Source: Amoebidium appalachense
Lineage: Eukaryota; Protista; Ichthyosporea
Reading direction: 5' to 3'
Assembly (NCBI GenBank): GCA_963693365.1
Contig: CAVNZM010000004.1
Coordinates: 9,142,468-9,206,467 of the forward strand
Length of the DNA stretch: 64,000 nucleotides
The translations under genes and the position numbers were made by a program. Shown here piece by piece: positions 12,336-30,226 of this stretch. Position 1 is the stretch's first letter; the number at the start of each line of letters is the position of its first letter. The notes under the pieces were generated by a model. It saw only the letters and a program-made list of their open reading frames with translations, ran no database searches and was not told where the DNA came from.

Positions 12336-13017
12336 CCCAAGTTCAGTTGATGCTGCTGTCTGAGTTGGAGCGTCGTATATACGCGGGCTAAGGGGTCGAA
12401 ACTCAGACGCAATTGATGACTTGGGCCCTCCCTGAGGATGGGCTCTGCTTATGACGCATACTGTGCGCATGGCTGATGCTGCATACTTGAATGTTTGCCT
12501 TTGCATGTGTCCTGCACCATGCTTCTCATCGTGTATGCGTACTTCGTACTGTGTTCCGCATTCAAAACCCCCCCTGTCTTCTTTCAGAGGTGTCCTTTCA
12601 GGACAGACCACTGTGTGGAGACATCTTTACTTCCATGCAACCGGGCATGGTTGCTCTGTGTCGTGCATCTGTAAGCACATACGCATTTGTCGCTGCACTG
12701 CATTAGTTTGCACATACATCTTCACCGTTTTGCTCACCTTGCTTGCATAAGCAACCCTGCTCGTCTTTGATCAAGACGGGTTGACCCACCCAAGTTCAGT
12801 TGATGCTGCTGTCTGAGTTGGAGCGTCGTATATACGCGGGCTAAGGGGTCGAAACTCAGACGCAATTGATGACTTGGGCCCTCCCTGAGGATGGGCTCTG
12901 CTTATGACGCATACTGTGCGCATGGCTGATGCTGCATACTTGAATGTTTGCCTTTGCATGTGTCCTGCACCATGCTTCTCATCGTGTATGCGTACTTCGT
13001 ACTGTGTTCCGCATTCA

Positions 13018-13019
<2 letters not shown>
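12336..13019 (+). mobile_element. Non-autonomous ~453-bp repeat element, copy 2 (about 1.5 units), inserted in poly-C
   Basis: Period 453 (12451 vs 12904). Starts inside a poly-C run and ends CATTCAAA + poly-C. Its 5' truncation point differs from copies 1 and 3. Confidence 0.85.
12746..12906 (+). ncRNA. Putative non-circularly permuted hammerhead ribozyme, copy 2 (intact core)
   Basis: Stem III GTCTGAGT (12811-18) / ACTCAGAC (12854-61). Predicted cleavage after U12819 (GUU). Stem I GGAG (12820-23) / CTCC (12881-84). CTGAGGA at 12885-91. Stem II GACCC (12783-87) / GGGTC (12846-50). GAAA at 12851-54. Confidence 0.7.
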
Positions 13020-13049
<30 letters not shown>

Positions 13050-13473
13050 ACCGCCCCACAAACACACAGCACAACAATTCAAAACAAAAGAACCCACCGT
13101 TCCCCCCCCCCCCCCCCCCCCCCCCCCAAATAGCCTAGGCCTTGTACCCCAGCTATCCCGCACACAGCTATCCCCCAAAGCGCGCCGACACACTCACCAC
13201 ACTTTATACTTAACAGCCACACCAGACCAAACCTCCCCCCCCCCCATCCTACACCCCCCTCCAACCACGAAGGAAAATAAGCCCCACCGTTACACATTCC
13301 CATATTTAGAAAACCCCGCCTCCTCTCTTCCTAACCTCTTTCAATCCTACGGCACCACCTCCCCCCCCCCCCCCCCTCCTCCTTCAACCCCACACAGCCC
13401 ATGTCTCCCCTCCTCCTACTCATGCCCCACATCCCTCACTATTACCCCGTGCCCCACAAAACCAGTCCAGTAC

Positions 13474-13722
13474 CTGTTGGGTCATACTGGGGCTGCCGTT
13501 GTGCCTCGACAGTACAAGAAGTTGGCCAGGCAGCGGAAGGCCACGCATTGGTAGGCCGGCCACCTACAGTCACGGGAGAGAGGTAAGCGAGGGACGAAAG
13601 GAAACGGGAAACGAACGTAGTCGGAAAGTAAAGTTCCAAACGCACCGGAAACAGTCACCATTCCACAGGCGGTTGGTGCGTGTGCGGTCGAAGCCACGCC
13701 AAGCAGAACAAGGAAGAGCCAT
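13474..13722 (-). CDS. Possible first two exons of an unidentified small spliced gene
   Basis: ATG-started segment MALPCSAWRGFDRTRTNRLWN, a GT..CTGTAG intron, then in-frame GGRPTNAWPSAAWPTSCTVEAQRQPQYDPT followed by a GTAC donor. No homology recognised. Confidence 0.25.
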
Positions 13723-14083
13723 GGTTTTGTATTGTCTGTGTGCACTCAACCGTTGACGGTTTCAAAAAAAGGCGCGGAGGGAACCGAAGGAAAAGGCGCG
13801 AAGCGAAGTTTTTCACGGCAAAAAAGACTTTGGCGCCAACAACAGGGAACACAGCAGGCACTCGCAAAGACAACAGGAACGCAAAAAGGCGAGAATACGC
13901 GTTCATGATTGGCACGTGATCGTCAAGGGAAAAGAAGAGGTGGGCAAAAGAGGAATTCAAGGGTTTCATTGGAGGGTGTGTCACAGCCAATGAACAAGAA
14001 AAAAGCATACATGTGGGACCCCCCAAACCCCCGTCTCTCTAGATTATACTGGATAGAGATCTATGGATAGGAGAGGTACGGTC

Positions 14084-14118
<35 letters not shown>

Positions 14119-14756
14119 TCCTAACGAGGCCGACCTCCATATTTCTCGGTAACCCATGGACAGTTTTCTTTCTTTGTGACACCTGCCAGAATCAGGCACT
14201 ATAGGGCCTCTAGGCCTCTGTGAGCATGCCTCGAGTAAACAGCATTAACTCCCCAGATTCTGACGCTGTTGCCGTGCTTTCACTGGTTTTTGGGACCGGT
14301 AGGCTCCTTCAGTCCGCTACTCCACGAGATCAAATATGAGTAGGGTTCGAAAGATCATCGTGGAGGGGGGAGGTGAGGGGAGGCCAGGGTAGCTGCGAAT
14401 ATATGCGTTTGCCCAATTGCTGACACGGATTTTGAAGAGCAAATAAGTGGGTGTTTATAGCCCCGAAAACGAACGGACTCCGAACGGATACCGGGACAAA
14501 TACTGTAATTTGAACTTTTGGGGTACGAAGTTTGACAACTTTGGGGGTCTCTACATAAATGCGCTTGGAGAATGTTCCCCTAGGCCTATCTCGGTACCAA
14601 TTGTCTAGATCGTTGCGCTAGCGTTTGCAGCGAGCGCGGCAATGCGTTTTGGGCAGCTATGGCACGTTGCCTCACAGCGCGGCTTGCTAGGAATAAATGA
14701 CTCAAAAGCTGTGGCCAAGCGTACATTAAGGATAAGATTTTGAGAGAGATCAGATT

Positions 14757-15028
14757 GGGGGTTTACGCTGTTTACTCGAGGCAAAGAGAGACCAGTCTCA
14801 GGTATGGGGGGGTTTTGCTCGGAATATCCCCTCAGCGGTATATCATGATCACGTACATAGCTGTCGGGTGATGATTATATTATCTATGGGGTTTACGCTG
14901 TTTACTCGAGGCAAAGAGAACCAGTCTCAGGTATGGGGGGGGGGGGGGGTTTGCTCGGAATATCCCCTCAGCGGTATATCATGATCACGTACATAGATGT
15001 CGGGTGGTGACTATATATCAGGGTTTAC
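14757..15028. repeat. 130-bp tandem direct repeat (2 units + short third start)
   Basis: GGGTTTACGCTGTTTACTCGAGGCAAAGAG...GTCGGGTG recurs at 14761 and 14891; GGGTTTAC again at 15021. Confidence 0.9.
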
Positions 15029-15085
15029 TTTCTCTACGAGACACCATAAAGACTACAAGGAGAAATCAATTAGTTGGGGTTCCCC

Positions 15086-15134
<49 letters not shown>

Positions 15135-15166
15135 GGGCTCCCCTCGGGACACTCGGTATCAGCTGG

Positions 15167-15217
<51 letters not shown>

Positions 15218-15238
15218 GTGTGTGTGTGTGCGCGTGCG

Positions 15239-18200
15239 CTATAATTTTGTAGTGATGTGTTTCTCAAGCCAATCAATACATCTAATAAACAGGTCGTAGT
15301 TACGCGTGTTTAGTATAAAATCAAGGATGTTGTAATTTACAGGTAGGCTATCTTTCTGGGTGTCTGTTGTGAATGTGACGTGTGTGTGTTGCGGTATTAT
15401 GTGGTCTATCAAACTACATTTGGCGATACATGACCGGTTAAACTGGTGTGTGTGTGTGTTGTTTGGGCATGCAAATGATGCCACCTTATACTTATTAGAT
15501 CTCCACTGTATAGCACGTGTACAGTAAAAGCGTGGTAATTGATCAATAATACCATCAGCTAGAGAAAGACCAGTTCTACAGGAAGGTAATATGTATTTAG
15601 GTGTTATACACTTGCGAGTGCCATATTTGGCAATATGGTTGAGGCGGTCAGTATATATAAAACGAGACATAAGGCTTAGTTTTTCAAGGTGTATGCTTTC
15701 ATCGGGTCTAGTGTCGTGTGGTATCTTTTTCCATTTGTTATATTGCGTGATTATCTTGTGATTGTGTACATGTTTAATAAGTAAGTGGCAGTCCAAAGTC
15801 ACACACACACTATTGCGGGGTTTATTTGTATTTGTGCCCAGGGGAGAAGGGGAGAGAGAGGGGAGGAAAGAGGGGAGAGGTGAGGAGGGGACAGGTCGGA
15901 TAGAGAAGAGAGGGTGGGAGGGCAAATACTTCTTTAAGCGGCTTATGTGCTTATTGAATTTCAGCGCGAGATAGGATACTCTAGCAGCTATTGGGACCAG
16001 ACCATATATCGAGAGCGTTACAGGCCCAGGTTTACAACAGTTGTTAGATAGAAAGGAGGCAACTTCTGCTTCAAGGAAGGGTTTAAGCGCTCTAGTTCTC
16101 TCTTTCTTGATCCAAGCGGCGAGAAGGGGTAAACCATATTCACATGCCGGGAAGACAAAAGTGCGAATAAATGTAAGTCTAATAGAAGGATGGAGGGGTG
16201 TGTCTTTAAAAATATTAGCCGAGAAGAAAGCTAACCGCTTACGAGCCAACTCTACCCTCTTTTCGACCATATGGGGAAACATAACACCAACAGAATCAAC
16301 CGGAACACCAAGATATTTGTATTCTGGAACTATAGGTACAGGTTTAGATGATAATGTAAATGTGTGTAAATTGTTAGCTATATCAGGTACAAGAACACCA
16401 CATTTGTCTATGTTAAGGATCATAAGGTTTGCCTTGCACCACTCTGACACTACATCGAACAATCTTTGCAGGCGTCTAGGGGTACGGGCAAGGAGGGACA
16501 GATCATCAGCATAGAGAAGTGCAGGCGGAAAGTTATTAATAGGGTCATCGTTTTCGGCGTAAATCTTGACAGCCAAATCATCTATAAATAGGTTAAACAA
16601 AAAGGGGCTAAGCAATGAACCCTGCAAGAGACCTCTAGTACGAGCAAAACCATATGAAAGATGCCCATTAACCACAGCTCTACCATAGGTTTGAGACAAG
16701 AGTGCTTCTAACAGAACACCAATGCAGTGTGGTACACCCCGTGCAGCAAGCTTTTCCCATAGGAGACCAGGGGAGACAGAATCGTAAGCAGTTTTCCAAT
16801 CAATAAAGCCAACATATTGTGCACCAACTTGCATAGAATCGTGCAGTGCCATTATTTGAACATAACATGAATTGTTTTTACGAAAAGCGGATTGGCATGG
16901 GTGTATGTGAAGAATAGATTGAAACCTAGGGTGATGTGCAAATAACCTAAGTAAGCAAGCTTCAAAGAATCTACGAACAACCTGGGTTAGTGTAATGGGG
17001 CGAAAGGATGATATGGGGCCCTCAGAGTCCTTCTTAACTATGGGGATCACTAAGGTATCTAACCAAGATGACGGGACATGTCCACATTTAACACACCAAG
17101 AAAAGAGAGAGCTTAACATGATAGTAAGATCAGGTTTAATAGCACGATCACTTTCCTTTTGTGGGTAGGAGGGAACAAGGATTTTAAGAAACCCAGCAGG
17201 GAGTCCATCAGGTCCACAAGACTTACTAGAGCTATAACTAGATATCACAGACCATATGGCATCGGGACTGAAAAAGGGGAGGATCGATTCTATGGGGATA
17301 GATGGGTCTACAGGCCACACAATAGGTTTCTGAGCGGGGGTCCTATCTTTAAACAGTTCCGAGAAATACTTATCAGAGTCTATGAGGGGGTCTCCAGTGG
17401 TATCACCAATAATACGAGCAGGGGGGCCAAATCGATTCATACTAGCAAGCCGGCGCAAGCTTTCCTTTTGAGACAGGGGTTCACCTAGTCTAGCGGGAGT
17501 GGTGTTTGGTAACAAGAGAGCATCGGGATATTCCTTCCTACCACCGCCAGCATAATCACCGAGATCTATCAAATCATCAACAATAAAGTTAGTGCATGTA
17601 TCTAGTACGAGATGTGAATCTGGCCTGGCTTGTGCAGATTCTAATAGGCGCATATATATAGGGTGTTTCATAGCATAGCATACACATACATCAACTCTAC
17701 CCCACTGTGACTTAAGCTGGGATAGACGGAGGCGAAAGGTGGGAGGGGGAGGGGGGAGCAGATCAAGGGAGATCTTAGGTAGGAAAAGGATAGGAGAGTG
17801 GTCAGATGACCTAGAGAGGTTAGGAGGGAGAGAGAGTTTTGACATGGTTGATGGCCAAAAGGCCACTCCCCAGTCGGTGTTGTGGGCATGGGATATTTGA
17901 GGGAACCGCAAAGTGTGACTTTGGACATACCTTGCTAAAGGGATAGCACGCTCCGGGGGCTTAGATGGGTACCCGACACTCACTTGCAGTGTGTCTGTGT
18001 GGTGGAGTCGCGTGTTAAAATCACCTAAAATAACAGTGGACATTGGTAACTGTGACAACTCGTGAGTCAATTCGACAACCGACATAGATGGTGGGTAATA
18101 TACAAAAGTAAAAACATTAGAAAGAAACTCTATAGAAACCGAGAATTCCGTTTTTGCTACCGGTTTGCACTTCACTCTCACGTGTGGTGCGGCAAGTACA

Positions 18201-18424
18201 ATAATGCCTCGGTTTTTCGCGTAACCGGGGTGTGTGGATGTGTCGACCAATGTAGAGTTGAATTTGTGGTGGTTTTTAAACTGTGTTTCGCAAATCACTG
18301 TAAACGTGTGGTTGTTTGTCTGTTGTTGTATGTAGCTGATTTTATCGTCGAGTGTCCCGGGGGGGAGGCCCTTTTGGGGGCCCAGTGTCCGAGCATTCCA
18401 GAAGAAGAAGGATAAATTAGGCAT
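15239..18424 (-). CDS. ORF2: apurinic-like endonuclease + reverse transcriptase (1061 aa)
   Basis: APE motifs FWNARTL, ICETQ, ILGDFN, SSDHSPI. RT motifs KSCGPDG, FRPITL, FIDWKTAYDSV, GLLQGSLLSPFLFN, LYADD, YKYLGV. Confidence 0.97.
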   Translation of the reverse strand: MPNLSFFFWNARTLGPQKGLPPGTLDDKISYIQQQTNNHTFTVICETQFKNHHKFNSTLVDTSTHPGYAKNRGIIVLAAPHVRVKCKPVAKTEFSVSIEFLSNVFTFVYYPPSMSVVELTHELSQLPMSTVILGDFNTRLHHTDTLQVSVGYPSKPPERAIPLARYVQSHTLRFPQISHAHNTDWGVAFWPSTMSKLSLPPNLSRSSDHSPILFLPKISLDLLPPPPPTFRLRLSQLKSQWGRVDVCVCYAMKHPIYMRLLESAQARPDSHLVLDTCTNFIVDDLIDLGDYAGGGRKEYPDALLLPNTTPARLGEPLSQKESLRRLASMNRFGPPARIIGDTTGDPLIDSDKYFSELFKDRTPAQKPIVWPVDPSIPIESILPFFSPDAIWSVISSYSSSKSCGPDGLPAGFLKILVPSYPQKESDRAIKPDLTIMLSSLFSWCVKCGHVPSSWLDTLVIPIVKKDSEGPISSFRPITLTQVVRRFFEACLLRLFAHHPRFQSILHIHPCQSAFRKNNSCYVQIMALHDSMQVGAQYVGFIDWKTAYDSVSPGLLWEKLAARGVPHCIGVLLEALLSQTYGRAVVNGHLSYGFARTRGLLQGSLLSPFLFNLFIDDLAVKIYAENDDPINNFPPALLYADDLSLLARTPRRLQRLFDVVSEWCKANLMILNIDKCGVLVPDIANNLHTFTLSSKPVPIVPEYKYLGVPVDSVGVMFPHMVEKRVELARKRLAFFSANIFKDTPLHPSIRLTFIRTFVFPACEYGLPLLAAWIKKERTRALKPFLEAEVASFLSNNCCKPGPVTLSIYGLVPIAARVSYLALKFNKHISRLKKYLPSHPLFSIRPVPSSPLPSFLPSLSPSPLGTNTNKPRNSVCVTLDCHLLIKHVHNHKIITQYNKWKKIPHDTRPDESIHLEKLSLMSRFIYTDRLNHIAKYGTRKCITPKYILPSCRTGLSLADGIIDQLPRFYCTRAIQWRSNKYKVASFACPNNTHTHQFNRSCIAKCSLIDHIIPQHTHVTFTTDTQKDSLPVNYNILDFILNTRNYDLFIRCIDWLEKHITTKL

Positions 18425-18914
18425 CGGTTTGGTCCGACACCTGTGGGGTTGGTTCCCACTTGTCGCTTACGGGGTCGTATGCACGACCTTCCGCCAGCGC
18501 GAACAGTTCGCAGAAGAGCTCGATTTCCATCTCGCATCGGCGTTTGCGCTCGAGCAGTTTCTCACCAGAAAACATTGGTTCCTTCGTGTCCGTGTCTATC
18601 ACGCTCGTAGCATCGTTTTCCAACTTTGCGAGGAACTCTTTTGCCTTGCTGATGCGTACACGACAACGTGTGGCGCACGCATTCTTAGCAGACACTTTAC
18701 GTTCTTTGTCTGCTTTCTGAATGTTTTCCGGCGCGCATGGGTCGTAGCTTGGGAGGTGGGTGAAGAAGCTTCCACACCCCTTTGTCGCGTCACGGATGAA
18801 CGCACGGTTATAGTCGCCCCGTACTGCTACTTCCAGCACATCATATATAATGCGTTGTTTGCCGGACCTCAAATCCGGAATCTGGAGGGGACCTAAGGCC
18901 ATTTTGTGAGGCAT
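18417..18914 (-). CDS. ORF1 of the non-LTR element (~165 aa, basic, probably coiled-coil)
   Basis: Complex-sequence ORF directly upstream of ORF2. Its TAA overlaps the ORF2 start (ATGCCTAA). Confidence 0.7.
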   Translation of the reverse strand: MPHKMALGPLQIPDLRSGKQRIIYDVLEVAVRGDYNRAFIRDATKGCGSFFTHLPSYDPCAPENIQKADKERKVSAKNACATRCRVRISKAKEFLAKLENDATSVIDTDTKEPMFSGEKLLERKRRCEMEIELFCELFALAEGRAYDPVSDKWEPTPQVSDQTDA

Positions 18915-19380
18915 CAAAAACCATCGAAACGTTGCTTAGTTGTTTTTATGACATCAAAATCGCTAAATACTCTTGCGATACTAATGAAAAAGCCTAAAAT
19001 AACTAAATATTTGATAATGAGAAAATTGAAATATAGTGCCCTAAAGTTGGGCCCGAGAGGATGTACGTACTCGGGGCTTTGAAATAAAAAGAAAAAAACC
19101 AGCGGTTTCGGAGTCTACTGTGAACACGCTGGGCTGAATGACGGCAGAGGTCAGGTGATTCCCGTATCAAAACGTTTTTTTTAATTTCTAACCCAGAGTG
19201 GAACGCACTTTCTTTTAGAGAAATTCGGCGACATTTTTTTTTACAAAGTACTATATCATTGGTACAACGACATTTTGAAAATTTTAATGAAATAGAACTA
19301 CCAATCCAATCACAAAAACCTCAAAGGTCTGCTAACACCGGTTTAGGGGGACACGGGGATGAGGACGGCAAATTCTATAT

Positions 19381-19461
<81 letters not shown>

Positions 19462-19726
19462 GGCCTGTGGCACACACACAGTTACAACGCCAAGTTACGT
19501 GTAGCAGCAAGATGCATTTATTTCTACCCGTACGCAAAAAAAAGGGCGGGGGGGGGGGGGGGGGGGGGAAGCGTGAGGCGGGGGGGCCAGGGAGGGGGGG
19601 GGGGAGGGAGGTAACAACCACACAACCCAACATCCCAACAACCCAACATCAATAACTGTCTCGTTATGTTTTGGCGCCGGCGACAGCCGTTATGACAGAC
19701 CTACTTGTATCTTTAAAGACTTAGAA

Positions 19727-20896
<1,170 letters not shown>

Positions 20897-21185
20897 TGCC
20901 CATGCAAAAGTCACTCTCGCACAATATATGCACGCAAGGGAGTCGAGGTAGGGTTGGCTTTAATGTGGAGTGGGCTCCCGATTTGCTATCTGTGCGAAGA
21001 TGGTATACTACGGTAAGTGGGGGGGGGGGGGGGGGGGGGGTTCTCTTTTTTTTTTTTTTTGGGGGGGGGGGGGGGGGGGATTCATTGTAATGCATTTGTG
21101 ATATAAGGGATTGATGAAGTGGACGTGATGTTGGGACCCCGGGTAGTTTATGTGCTGCACTAAGTGTGTATCTTTTTTTTTTTTT

Positions 21186-21216
<31 letters not shown>

Positions 21217-21398
21217 GAGGGGGAGGGGGAGGGGGAGGGGGGGGTTGGGGGGGGGGGGGGGGTTGATGATGGGGATGTAATGTTGGGACCCCGTTTTCCT
21301 TCAAACTAAGTTTGTGTCTGTTTTGTGTGTGTGCGTCCGTGCATGCCTTGTGCGCGCGCGTGTGTGTGCGTGTGTGCATGCTGCGTGCATGCATGTGT

Positions 21399-21448
<50 letters not shown>

Positions 21449-21474
21449 GGCGGTGTGTCTGTGTGTGTCTGTGT

Positions 21475-21591
<117 letters not shown>

Positions 21592-21604
21592 TTTCTCGTA
21601 CACG

Positions 21605-21838
21605 CTGTGGAGAAACCATGCCCACACGGTACTTTCAGAGCTGGAACCCCGGCCTTACTACTTTGTACGTGGCACGTGGTGGAGAAACAATGCCCACACG
21701 GTATTATGTACATGTGGTGGAGAAACAATGCCCACACAGTACTATCAGAGATGGGACCCCATTCTGCAATTATGGCCTCAGCAATATCAACAAATTATAT
21801 GTACACGTGGTGGAGAAACAATGCCCACACGGTACTAC
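21605..21838. repeat. Minisatellite, 4 copies of GTGGAGAAACAATGCCCACACGGTA with variable spacers
   Basis: Motif at about 21607, 21680, 21717 and 21810. Confidence 0.85.
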
Positions 21839-22121
21839 CAGAGTTGTAACACAGACTCTGCAACTTTGTTTTGGTCATGTGTCTAAAAGCATATGGCCAC
21901 CCATCTGCAAAGAAGTTCTTTCTAATTGGGTGGGACGTGTGTTTATTAACACCCCCCCCCCCCCCCCCCCCCCCTACTCCCCCCCCTCCCCCCACCCCAC
22001 CCCTCTCTTCCTGTCCCAAACGCCCAAAGGCTTTCCCCGCACACGTACCTCCTAGTTTCTCGCGACAGGAACCGTGACACATAAACACACACAAACACAC
22101 ACACACACACACACACACATG

Positions 22122-22157
<36 letters not shown>

Positions 22158-22482
22158 GCACACTGTGATACAATCAGAAACACACACACGCACACACGTG
22201 TACACACATGAGCACATGCACACACACATGACGTGGATCACAAACACACACACTCTTCAACATTCGTTTTCTCATAACAGTTTTGGATTGTACCTGCGCG
22301 AGGGGCATGAGCCACCGGCCCATCTAGCAGACGGGAGCCCCGCATTCGCCTGCCAGTATCTTCTCTACAAAACACGGCACTTGTATCTGCGTGGCGGCGT
22401 ATTGATGATGTACAAATCTATACTTTCTGGCAGATGCAGCCATGCCCCCCAATCCCTCCTCGAGCTCAGCGGCCCGCCCCCA

Positions 22483-22517
<35 letters not shown>

Positions 22518-23491
22518 CGGGCCACACCCTCCCGCGCCCCCCGCCCCCCCTTCCCTAGGCCTCCCCCCCTCCCCCCCTCCCCTCCCCCCCCCCCCCCCCC
22601 CCCCCCCCCCTCTCCCAACCAGCCCACGTACCATTGCCCCCACAGTCAGTCACCCACCCGCCTGGCAGAGGCCCCCAGGCTGACTGATGCGGTAGTAATG
22701 GCGTGTTGCAGTACGGTGGGTGTGGGCCGCGGCGTGCATGTGTGTTTGCGTGCTTGAGAAAGAATGCGTGTACACCCGAGGTTTGTGCGGGATCTGGCTG
22801 GAATGCCAGGAATGTGTGTGTGGTGCATGCCGCTGGGATAAAAACTAAACGTGAGTCATATGTGACACTGTCACGGCTGTGCTGCGTGTGCAGTGCTTGT
22901 GAGATAGTGGTACGTACGTTTCGTGACCTTCATCATACATAAACAGTTTTCCTTTTTTTTTTTTTTTTTTTTATGCGGGAAGCTGTTAACTCCTCGCGGG
23001 ACATTATATACACGTTCCAATATACGGGGCCTTAGTTATGGCATACGCGTGCCACTGATTCTGTTATTAACATTAGAGCCAATGAACATGGTGGCTTGAT
23101 GGTTTTTTGCTCTTCAACAATGGGCCAGGTTTTACTCCCATCATAAAGTGCACTTGAGTTCGCTACATCATGCCTGTAATTGAAACTTTGCTGATCCGTT
23201 ACTGAGCCTAAAGAGGAAACTCGACAATTTTTAGCATAGACTTACCACAAGTATTCGAGTACTTTCTATTAGAAAGCCACGGATTACTAATGGCAACCCA
23301 TCCAGTTGCACAATTTGAGAAGTTGACTATGCACGTTCCTTAGTTAGCACTTTGAACCAGAATATACCAGTCAAGCAGCTCACCAAAAGCTTCTCCTTTT
23401 TTTTTTTTCAATAGGTTAAAGGCCAACAATTTCGAACGGTGCACCATCGGGTAGTTAGTGCTACCTGTAAACATTTTTTGTATTTGCCACA

Positions 23492-29304
<5,813 letters not shown>

Positions 29305-30176
29305 GTTCTATAGCAGCTGCTGTAGTTGAAGTAGACCGTTTTATTTCAGAAATGAAGTGCGAAGTTGTACCATATTGGGCTTGTGAGATTGATTATAAAT
29401 GTATGTTTATAGGTCGTTGTGTGTAGATGATGGTATAACTACGGGTACACATAAGTGTCATGAGGCTTCTTTTTTTTTTTTTTTTTTTTACCGGTAGATC
29501 TACTACCTAATCCGGGCGCGAAAATTCAGCCAGATGAAAGTACGATAAATATATGAGATAATGCGTAGAAGCACGCAAACTAGCACTGAGTACATCATAA
29601 GTTGATTGTTATTACAATATCCTGGCCTAAAGGCGGGAGAGAAATGTACGTAGATAATATAAAATGTCTGCTCGAATATTGTAATTTTCTGAATTTTGCA
29701 TAGCACGGGCCATGGGATACAAACAGCTACGTATATCGCACGCGTGTGGGGTGGAGTGTTGAGGGTGGTGATAATGATGGGCACATATTGCATGCCTGCG
29801 TGGTTGGCCGTACGTGTGTGTATCTACACATGTAGTGTGTATTTGAGTACTAGTGGGGTTTGAGTGTGAGTGTGTACTTGGGTGTATGTGTGTGTGCACT
29901 TCAGGATACGTTTGCTGTCCTTGAAGACTGTGCTCAGAAGGTATCGCCGGAATATCAGAAGACATCGATATCTGACGTGAGACGCGCGGGGAGGGGGGGG
30001 GGGGGGGGGGGTCGAATGTGTTTCAGAGGACACATGTGTATGCTCACGCCGAACAACACAATCCATATCGCCCACAGTGTATTAACTTGATATATTGGGA
30101 GTTGAAGACTGTTTGTACAGTGGACGGTGGTGGACCAGGTAGTGGCGTGTGTGTGTGCACGTGTGTGTGCACCTAT

Positions 30177-30226
<50 letters not shown>

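Larger units (their letters stand above)
15062..19380 (-). mobile_element. Apparently full-length non-LTR retrotransposon (ORF1 + APE-RT ORF2)
   Basis: Two open ORFs. The 3' region has (CA)n, a short unique segment, an A-tract and ~25 further bp shared with copy 2. The 5' boundary is uncertain and placed at the (CA)n tract near 19382. Confidence 0.85.

Noticed and set aside
12781-12860. HDV-like ribozyme suggested by GGCTAAGGGG
   Set aside because: No P3/L3 (UCC-type loop) or P1.1 could be placed, and the motif is lost in the divergent copy while the hammerhead core strands are kept.
15810-15930. Pyrimidine-rich stretch in LINE ORF2 as a possible spliceosomal intron
   Set aside because: It is in frame without stops and present in both copies; there is no evidence of splicing.
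18918-19380. HDV-like ribozyme in the LINE 5' UTR
   Set aside because: No nested double-pseudoknot pattern found by eye on the element strand.
21605-21838. Repeat-spacer-like array resembling CRISPR
   Set aside because: Spacers are very unequal and partly similar to each other, the context is eukaryotic, and there are no cas genes. Treated as a minisatellite.
22287-22419. Possible structured RNA or snoRNA (GATTGTAC..GTACAAATC closure, TGATGA motif)
   Set aside because: Helices are short, box order is not convincing, and there is no second copy for covariation.
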